64,000 nucleotides of DNA from the human T2T-CHM13v2.0 reference genome, Homo sapiens: NCBI RefSeq assembly GCF_009914755.1, contig NC_060943.1; one strand, given 5' to 3'. Below the pieces are notes generated by a model. It had not been told where the DNA came from and did no database searches. It saw only the letters and a list, made by a program, of their open reading frames with translations. Positions 53,527 to 64,000 of this stretch are shown here, piece by piece (the first letter of the stretch is position 1; the number at the start of each line of letters is the position of its first letter). A program made the position numbers and the translations under genes.

Positions 53527-54247
53527 CAGTAATCAACACATCAAAAAATAGATGTTGGCATGGACGTGGTGAACAGGGAACACTTCTACACTACTATAAA
53601 CTAGTACAACCACTATGGTGGGAATGTAAACTAGTACAACCACTATGGAAAACAGTATGGAGATTCCTTAAAGGACTAAAGTAGAACCACCATTTTATCC
53701 AGCAATTCCACTACTGGGAATATACCCAGAGGAAAAGAAGTCATTATGTGAAAAAGATAACTTGCACATGCATGTTTATAGCAGCACAATTTGCAATTGC
53801 AAAATTGTGGGACCAGCCCAAATGCCCATCATGGATAAAGAAACTGTGGTATAGCTATACAATGGAATACTACTCAGCCATAAGAAGGAATGAATTAATG
53901 GCATTCGCAGCAACCTGAATGAGATTGGAGACTATTATTCTAAGTGAAGTACCTCAGGAATGGAAAACCAAACATCGTATGTTCTCACTCATAAGTGGAA
54001 GCTAAACTATGAGGATGCCAAGGCATTAAGAATGACACAATGGACTTTGGGGACTCAAGGGGAAAGGGTGGGAAGAGGTGAGAGATAAAAGACTACAAAT
54101 TGGGTGCAGTGTATACTCCTCGGGTGATGAGTGCACCAAAATCTCACAAATCACCACTAAACAGCTTAACTAACGTAATCAAACACCACCTGTTTCCCAA
54201 TAACCTATGGACATTAAAAATTTTAAAATTTAAAAAATTTTTAAAAA
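53527..54247 (+). mobile_element. L1PB1-like 3' fragment inserted in ERV gag
   Basis: GATAAAAGACTACAAATTGGG...GCACCAAAATCTCACAAATCACCACTAAA; TSD AAAAAT(GT/AC)CTGGC at 53514-53526 / 54243-54255. Confidence 0.9.
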
Positions 54248-55353
54248 TACCTGGCTGATATGAACCCATAGGAATCAAGAGAGCTTGCCTGGAAGTGGGT
54301 CTTAAGGCCACTGAACCAAGAGTGGGTATGAAAAAGGGCACAGAATTTGAGGCTGGATGAGAAATTCAACACTTGGTCAAGGTCCTGGGAGTCAGTCCTA
54401 GCAATTTCTGAATGGTTCTTAGTCTCTTGAAGAAAAATACCTTACCATAAATAAAATGTGGAGGGGATGTGAAGAAAGCCTTGCTGGAGTGTCAGGTAAG
54501 GGGTTCAGTTCTTGTGATCCCAGAGAAGTGGCCATGTTACCATGGATCTGTTACATAAGATCTGAGTTCTCATCATATGTTTCCTGAGAGAATTCAGAGG
54601 AAACTTCCCTCACTGAGGAGGTGGGAAGGAACTGGGGAAGGAAGAAAGATGGAAAGAGGGGAGACTGAGGAGGCATCTTAAGCTCAGTAGTATCTATCTG
54701 CTCTAAGCTATGCTGATAATAGGAAGTCTTGTCATGGAGTGGAGCTTTCTAGAATCACCAAGGACAAAAGGGTTCTGGAACTGTGGAGGCCATATAGCAG
54801 CACTTAATCATTAGAGGCAAGGTAGACACTGAGGTCAGGATGGCAACCAGGGGAATGTTACCTACAGGGATGTGTGATGACCATGGTGTACTTAGTGACT
54901 CCATGTGGCTGACAAAGGTATTGATCAAGAATGGATAAAAATGAGCAAAGAAAGGAGATTAAACGTACCAGTGGGCAGTAAGTTACATGTCAGTCAGTTC
55001 TCAGACACAGGACCCATCAATTGAAGGAGAGGCTCTCTTGAGAAAAGACACTGCGATGCCACAGGAGGTATAAACAACAGCAGTTACCCCTGTTACAAGT
55101 AATTGTGCCTTGGAAAAGGGAAGAAGTTTATATCTTCAGTGTGCTGTTGGATACAGCATCAGAGCTAACATTCATACCTGAAGGCTCAAAACACAAATGC
55201 CCTCCACCCCGCATTAAGGTGAAGGTATGTGAGTGCAAGCAGTGAATGCAGTCCAGTCTTTCTCTCAGTGGGTCCCGCAGGTCCACAGACCCACCAAGTG
55301 GGCATTTCCTCCATTCCGGAACACATCACCAGGATGGACATACCTAGCAGCTA

Positions 55354-55760
<407 letters not shown>

Positions 55761-56999
55761 TTATTCTCAAAGACTTAAAGGACAGATTGGCATGGAATTC
55801 CCTTATGTCCTCCCACTTAATTCATAAGTCTGGAACTTGCAAAATCCACATGAATCATGGTGGATGAGGATGGACCACTCAGACTTAACCAAGTGTAACC
55901 CCAGTCACAGCTACTTTGCCAGATATGGTGTGTTTACCTAGAACAGATCAACACAGCTTCTGCTATGTAGTAATGCAGCTATTGGTCTACTGGACTTGTT
56001 TGAATCTTCATCAAGGAGCATAAGAGGCAGTTTCACTCACACAGGATGGGTGAGAATATACATCCATAGTCTTCTCCTGTGGCTATGCCAGCTCTCCTTC
56101 TATCTGTCACAGTACAGCCTAAGGTGACCTTGAACATCTGGACATTTCACAGAAAATCACATTTCTCCACAATAGTCTTGCAGAGGTTGGAAGACAAACT
56201 CTGCAGGGTCCAGATTAAGAGAAGGCTCTGCAGCAGGTCCAGAATATAGTGCAAGCAGAGCTGACACTTGGGTCATACGATTCAGCAGATCCTATGGTAC
56301 TAGAAATATCTGTGGTAGATAAAGGTGCAGGGTCAGGTCTCTGGAAAGCCCCAACAGGAGAGTTATAGTACAGATTCCTGTGGCTTTGGAGAAAGCCATG
56401 TTGTCTGCTGCAGTCAAATATACCTTATGCAAAAATCTGCTCCCAAAATATAAAAGCCACATAAAACCTGAGCCCCTGACCATGGAACATCAAGTGACTG
56501 CAACCAGAGCTCTTGTACCAAGCTGGGTGCTCTTTGAACCAACAAGTCATGTATTGGGTGGATTAAGCAGTAATTCATGTGTGGGAGTTATACATCCAGG
56601 AGCAAGCACAAGCAGGTTCAAAAACACAAGCAAGCAATACAAACTGCTGGCCCAGACCCTCATGTCACCCACCTATGTCATGCCAATGCATCTCCCTCAG
56701 CTCACCCTATGGCCTCTTTGGGGTGGGAGGGGGTGATCTCTACAACCAGCTGACAACGGAGGCAAAAACCAGGATGAGTCTGCCCTGCATGGCAATGCAA
56801 GATGAAAGTGAACTTCTACTGCACTGCAGCTGCACTCAGGGGTGGCCCTGAGAGTCCAGGCAGTCATCCACTCTCCATCTCTCAATTGCATGGAGAGAGA
56901 AATGGCCCGAAATACATATATTCCCAAGCAGTGTGAATTATCTGTTGTCTGACTGACTAGACAGACTCTCAAAAGAGCAAGATTGAAAGATTGAGAACA

Positions 57000-57426
<427 letters not shown>

Positions 57427-58559
57427 TCAAGGGAGGCATTAGACAACCAGGTACATGGGAGCTCTTACTCAGAGGTGTCCAGCAGCACCATCAGCCACCC
57501 CGAATCTGCCCAGTAAATAAATGCTCAGCCAGTCAGCAGAAACCTTCGATACAGTGTCACCCTCCAGGAAACTACCAAGACAAGTTAATGTTGTGTCAAG
57601 TTAATTATATACAACTTCTTCTACCCTGGAAAAAGTGATTCATCCTGAAAGGAACTAAAACATAGTTCCAGAATCGCTTTGCCTTTTTTGCTCATAATGT
57701 CTCAGCCAGGACCACTATCCAAGGGGCAAGTACATGATTGGTCATTGGATTGCACATGGCATCAACTTGCACCAAAAGACCCACTTTATGACAAAGGAAA
57801 ACACATCCTATCACCTAGAAGCTGCCAGCCTGAGGTGTTCACTTGGAGATAACCCCAAAAAATCTAGGATACAGTCCCTGAGATGCAGAATATATCTTGA
57901 CTCAAAGGCCATCATGTGTCTTCAATAGAGAAGAGGTGTGGATTCAGGAACCAAGGGGTGACAGTGGGCATACCCTGCTGTACCTCACTCCCAGTGACCT
58001 TCCATTTACCCCCTCCCAACTTTAGAGGTCTTGTTTCCCTGAAGATGAAGTTTCCACCCAGAGACATTGTAAAAGTCCCACTAAATGTGAAAGTACAGTT
58101 GTCACCCGGTCATTTGGGGCTCCCATACCAGTAGGTCAGCAGGAAAAGAAAGGATTTCCCATACTGGCAGGATTGTCAGGAGGAGATAGGGTTCATGATA
58201 CAGAGTGGGATCAGGAAAAAGTAAATTTGGGACATAGGAATCCACTGAGACATCTGTTGGTGCCCACATACAGTGATTATGGATGGCAATTATACCAATA
58301 TAGCCTGAAAGAATACGTTCAGACACCACAGGAGATAAAGGTCAAGTCTAGGCAAGCCACTGAGACCAGGAGAAGAGAATCTACAGTGGGTGGCTGAGGA
58401 GGGAGCTGCTGAGTATCCAGTACAGCCTCAAAACCAACTGTTGTAGTGAAGATCATAGTTTGTCTGACTTGTCCTCTTCTTTTAAGTATTTTTTTCCCAG
58501 AAATTTGAAGCCATCACTCCCTTACCAAATTCATAACAGAATGGAGTGATGTAGAAGGA

Positions 58560-59240
58560 TTTGAAAGGTTGGATCATGCAGTCCTTTACCCAAACTCCTT
58601 TTTACCATGTTTGGGCACCCATCCTCTATCTCCTAGACCTGAATCTGCACAATGCTGAAGCATACTTCCACTGCAGAACTCCCTGTGGAATCAGGCTGAG
58701 GCCACCCTCTGTGGGACTCTGCCTGAGATCACATCTTGCTGGCTTCCTCCCTTCCCTGCCCCACCTCCCTAGCACGCTCCCTAGGAGCATTACCATAATA
58801 AACTACTTGCACATTATCTTAATCCATTTCATGCTGCTATAACAGAATACCATAAACTGGGTAGCTTATAAACAACTGAAACTTATTTCTCATGATTTTA
58901 GTGACTGTGAAGTCCAATGGCACAGCACTGACATCTGGTGAGGGCCTTTGTGTTGGGCCATAACATGGTACAGGGCATCATATTGGTGAGAGAGAGTGCA
59001 AGAAGGAGCTGAATTTGTTTTTATAAAAATTCTTTCTCAGTAAGGTACTCACTCCTCTGATAACAACGTTAGTCTATTCATGAAGGCAGAGCCCTCATGA
59101 CCTAATCATTTCATACCATCCCATCTCTCCATACTGTTACACTGGGGATTAAGTTTTTAACATATGAACTCTAGGAGACACATTCAAACCGTAACACACA
59201 AACCTCATTTCAGATGCTTTTTCTGTAGACCTGAGCTAAG
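58560..59240 (+). mobile_element. LTR16A-like 3' LTR of the ERV-L element, split by a MaLR LTR
   Basis: GCAGAACTCCCTGTGGAATCAGGCTGAGGCCACCCTCTGTGGGACT...AATAAACTACTTGCACA; resumes CAAACCTCATTTCAGATGC...CCTGAGCTAAGA. Confidence 0.75.
58815..59196 (-). mobile_element. MSTC/MSTD-like MaLR LTR
   Basis: Antisense pattern ending ACACATTCAAACCGTAACA; 5-bp TSD CACAT / CACAA. Confidence 0.8.
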
Positions 59241-59249
59241 AAGGCATTT

Positions 59250-59636
59250 TATATGCTTTGGCTCTGTGTCCCCACTCAAATCTCATGTCAAATTGTAATC
59301 CCCAGTGTTGGAGGAGGGACCTGGAGGGAGGTGACTGGATCATGGAAGCAGATTTCCCCCTTGCTTTTCTCATGATAGTGAGTGAGTTCTCAGAAGAGCT
59401 GGTTGTTTGAAACTGTGTAGCACTTCCCCCTTTATTTTCTCTCTGTCTCCTGCCAGCCATGTGAATAAGTGCCTGCTTCCCCTTTGCCTTTCTCCATGAT
59501 TGGAAGTTTCCTGAGGCCTCCTCAGAAGCAGAAGCCTGTACAGCCTGCAGAACTTTGTGCCAATTAAACCTTTTTTCTTTATAAATTACCCAGTCTCGCA
59601 TATGTCTTTATAACAGCATGAGAACAAACTAATACT
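59250..59636 (+). mobile_element. MSTA solo LTR
   Basis: GCTTTGGCTCTGTGTCCCCACTCAAATCTCATGTCAAATTGTAATCCCCAGTGTTGGAGG...CAGAAGCAGAAGCCTGTACAGCCTGCAGAAC. Confidence 0.88.
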
Positions 59637-60049
59637 ACATCATTACTTTTTGTTTGTTTGTTTTCTCACCCTAACGGAGTGGAAAATGTTTTCGAGGAGA
59701 TGTAGGGGACTGGGAGAGTGAACAACAGGGCTGAGCCTCCCATGTATCAGAATGAAGGCCCAAGGACACCTACTGAATGGGGAAATGTTCCAAAGCCTAG
59801 GGCATCCTCCACATAAATGGTATCTTCTGACAAAGCCTGCATACCACCCAGAGGCACTCTTACTCTGCCTTTTCCACCATCTCAAACAGTGAAGAGAAAG
59901 AAACTATGCAGCCATTACACTGTAGCTAAGAGGGAGGACCAGGAGGTCTCAGGTACAATATTCGAAGCAAAGAGGATGCCTAGACAGAGTTGGCACTCAT
60001 GAACTAGATGAAATGTCTCAGCGTGGAAGCCATTTGAGCACAAAAGACA

Positions 60050-63000
60050 AAGAAGAGAGATAGGAACGCAGCAGTCAAGGAGTCCAACCTATACAAAAAC
60101 ATTACTCAGGGAACAGAAGAAAATTACCCACAACTGATTAAAATTAGGGAAAAATTTAATAGAAACATGAATTCAACAAAATTAAAATTCAAAGATGAGA
60201 TGATAAAGCTACAGAACAATATGGAAAAAGAGATTAGAAACTTGGGAAACAAAATTAAATCCCAAATAGCATTACTACAGAGAAACAGAATAGGCATGAC
60301 TGATAATCTAATTACTGACATAGAGAAAATGATATAATATGTAACTGACATAATAAAAATGAGTGCATATAAAAAAGAAATTAAAATCATTTGAGAACCA
60401 CTGACTGTAAAAAAAAAAGACAGACAGTTTATCTTAAGAATAACTGGTGTTCCTAAAGAAAAAAATCCAACAAGTAGAACAAAATATGTATTCAAAGATA
60501 TAATACAAGAAATTTTCCCTGTATTGAAAAAAATAAATGAACATGCTAAAAACAAAACAAAATAAACAAAATAGCACAATGTGTTTTAGCAACATTTGAT
60601 ACAGAAATTCCAACACAAAGACACAGCCCATCCAATTAAGTTATTAAACTTCAAAGTTAAGAGAGAAATTTTTACATATCTAAGCAGAAAGAGAAAAATC
60701 ACACACAATGGGAAAATCAGGCAAGACACTGACTTCTCTACAGCAACACTCAGAGCCCGACAAAAAGGTATTAATGTCTGTGTTTGGAGGGAAAGAAAAG
60801 GCAGCAAAGAATATTACACCCAGCCAAAGTTATTCATGTATAAAGGCAAGAAGCATCCATTCTGAAATGTTAAATACTTCAGGAAATGTAGAACACAGAA
60901 GCCTTTTTCAAGAAAATAAAATGAACTATTCACAATTAAATCCAAGCAATTAACAGATTAGAAATACGTAAAAATAAACATAGGAATTGAGACATTGGGG
61001 TAGAAGAAGGAGGAATGAGCAGAGAGTTCACTTAAATATAGATAAACATTAAGTAACTCAGGGAATTATGATGACAGAACAAAGTGTGAAATTAATTAAG
61101 CTGGACAAGGTAAAAGTAAAAAAGCTAACAACTCTTGGGAGATAGGATGGTAAAATGACGGGGAGGTGAGTAAACCAACATCTCAACTTTCAAAGAAAGG
61201 AGCCAATAGACTAAATTTGAAACTTTTGAGAAAACTCGAAACTTGAAATGAATTTTTTTTTAAAAAAATGACTATAAACTCCTGATGTGTTTCACAATCT
61301 CTCTTTTTTGTTTTTAAGGGATTTTCTGGGAAATAAATTTTACATAAAAAAATATGTATTTGAAGTTCACAGTTCCCTCAGTTTCACTTCACTTACATTT
61401 TCTTCTATTAAGTAAAATTAAATACTTTATATTTTGAAATAACATCTAGAGATGGTCATTTTTTATAAAGATAAGTATTTGTCCAGGTATCCATGTTACT
61501 TTCTATCAGCATACATAGGTGTCTGGAATTATGTTTGCCTAAGTTAATGAGATTTAGGGTTTTTTAAAAGATTTTCTTCACTGTACATTTTTGCCTCATT
61601 TAACGTCTTTATGATATGCATGATTCATTTTTATAAAAGCAATAGAATGATTTCCTTAAGGCAATTATGCCAAGATATTAATTATAGTGATTAATTTCTG
61701 GTAGTAAGAATACTGATGGGTTTTTTTTGTTTGGTTTGGTTTTTCATAATGCAACTTAAACTTCAAAAAATATAGTTAGGAAAAATAAGGATGGATAATC
61801 ATGAAAAAATAGAAGTAAAATCTGTAATTTCTAAATCAGGAGAGGAAAGTGATGAAAGCTTTAGTAATTAAATGTAAATGAGGAAAAGAGTTGAAGAGAA
61901 GAAAATAAAATGGTAAAGAAAACATATATCAGACCCTGTTGAAAACAAACAAAAAAAGAAAACATAAAATAAGCAGTAAAAATAAGTTCAAATAGATCAT
62001 GTCAGCACTTGTAATAAATATAAACAGGTTTAAGTTATAAATTAAAGGACAGAGTCTAACAAATTGGATTTTTCTTAATCTAGTGATATTTTGCTTATAA
62101 GAGACACACGAAAATAAATGACCCAGGAAGGTCAAAAATAGAGGAATGGAAAGAATATCGCTGGCACAACAACAACAAAGCAGGATAGCAATATTAGTAG
62201 CAGATAAAATCTAACTTAAGGCAAAAAGCATTTATGGAGATAAAGAACTCCATGTAATTATAAAAGGAAAGGACTCACCAAGGAGATATAACAGTCATGA
62301 ATTTTATGTACCTCACAGCAACATAGCCTCAAAAATGTGTAAAGCAAAACTGACAGAATTTTAAGAAGAAACTGATAAATCTATAATCAGAGTGGGAGAT
62401 TCTGGCTCACTGTATTGGAAATTGCTCCAGCAGACAAAAATTACTTATAACATAGAAAACTTGTACAACATCGTAGCAAGCTTGGTCTAATAGATATACA
62501 AAGAATCCGTCAACAAATACAAAGTGTGCATTATTTTCAAGAAGATAAGGAATATTTACAAATAACAAATCTTGCAACAAAAGTCTCAACAAATTTCAGA
62601 AAATCAAATATCAACAAATATTATTCTCAGACCCCAATGCAATTAACTCAGAAATTGACAATTAAAAGACAAAAATATAGAATATTTTTAAATTACACTC
62701 CTAAATTACTTGTGTGTTAAAAGTGCAAATTACCGAAACATTAAAATATCAGGGGCTAAAGGAAAACAGGGTTCTACAAAACATAAGTTGTGGAATAAAT
62801 TCAATACAGTTCTTGATAAATTCATTTACATAAAAAGAGTGAAAATAAATGTTATACAACTCAAGAAGAAGATTAAACTCAAAAAAGGAAAAGGAAGAAA
62901 ATGATCGTAGTTAAGGACTAGAATGTAAGTAGTTTATTAAGGAAGTACTCCCAGAAGAAACAAGTAAGGAAGTGGGAAAACACAGTAAATACAGAGAAGA

Positions 63001-64000
63001 TTTGTTCTGTCTTACGGCAAAAGAGTTGAGATATACTGTATCTAGCCAGTTACTGGCTACAGGATGTCTGAGGTGGGAAGCATGTAAGCCTCAGGCACCT
63101 TTAGCTCTCCATACCAGCAGGTGGCTCCAGTGCCCAACAGCAGTCCTTTGAAGATTGCAAGTGCAAATTTTTAAGAGCAAAATACACGGAAGCTTTGGGA
63201 GATGAGCTTACTGAGCTGGTAAATAGAATGCACAGGCATTTAGTAAGGGCATCCAGGGAGGCTACTACAGAATTTTACAGAGGAGGAAAACAAGTACCAC
63301 CACCAAAGGAAATGTTCAATACAACCAGAAATCACTCATTTTAAAAGAACGAAGTAGATAGATCTCTAGAAAAACAGATGAAGAACAGCAAAACTGCATT
63401 TTTCAAAAGGCAATATGTAAGCAGCCAACATTGACTACGCCTAGTACGACATATCTCTCCCACCCATTACAACTAAAAATTCTAGACAAAATACAAAAAG
63501 CAACTACCTGGGGGTTTTGAAAAGTTAACAATTCCAGAGCAACCACTAAGAAAAGTGCCAGTAGATTAATTTAAAAGAAATTTAAGAAAAAAAAAGAAGG
63601 CAGAAAAGAAAAGAAAAACAAAAGTAGAGAGGACAACAAACAACAATAAAACGTAGACCTAAATCCAAACATATCAATTATTGTGTTAAACGTAAATGAC
63701 TTAAACATCAAGTAAAAGACAGAGATTATCTATTTGGATTTTCTAAAGACCCACATATCTGCTATACAAATACTTAAGGAAGAAACAGTAACAACTCTAT
63801 TCAATTTATTTCAGAATATAGAAAAGGAATGAATACTTCCCAACTCATTTTGTAAGAGATGTATTACCTTGATTTCAAAATCCAACGAAGACATTACAAG
63901 GATTTTTAGAAGTTAAAAACTACAGATCAATATTTCTCATGAGTGTAGATGCAAAATTATCACCAAAATATTAACAAATTCTAATAATATTATAAAGATA
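60050..64000 (+). mobile_element. Fragmented ancient L1M elements (ORF1 remnant ~60130-60900; ORF2 endonuclease ~62000-62900; further ORF2 pieces 63630-64000), with a probable LTR fragment at ~62905-63270
   Basis: A-rich strand; decayed endonuclease motifs (IKGQSLTNWI, CL*ETH, IAILVADKI, IRVGD); GAATACTTCCCAACTCATTTTGT and TACAGATCAATATTTCTCATGAGTGTAGATGCAAAA. Confidence 0.8.

Noticed and set aside
56380-56736. 118-aa ORF as a domesticated retroviral gene
   Set aside because: Only a short stretch is in the Pol frame; the surroundings are full of stops and frameshifts.

Overview
This window reads as human (hominid) non-coding DNA. It carries AluJ, AluS and AluY copies, including a human-specific AluYb8, plus L1, MIR/L2, MaLR (THE1/MST/MLT1), MER4, LTR12, LTR16 and MER DNA-transposon fossils. 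I found no credible protein-coding gene, RNA gene or CRISPR array; the supplied ORFs are chance frames, Alu/LTR translations or simple-repeat read-through. The first ~44 kb is GC-rich and mostly unique, with several AT-rich islands dense in homeodomain/SOX/FOX/E-box motifs that look like developmental enhancers. That part also holds an 11-unit 49-bp minisatellite, a ~1-kb polypurine tract, and a solo LTR12 nested in an older ERVL-type LTR. The last ~12 kb is a decayed ERV-L-class provirus (gag, protease, RT/RNase H, integrase and dUTPase remnants plus an LTR16-type 3' LTR, split by later insertions), followed by old L1 ORF1/ORF2 fragments. I could not identify the locus and do not see evidence of a new biological system. 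Repeat subfamily names come from remembered consensus sequences and need RepeatMasker/Dfam confirmation; boundaries without a stated TSD are approximate.
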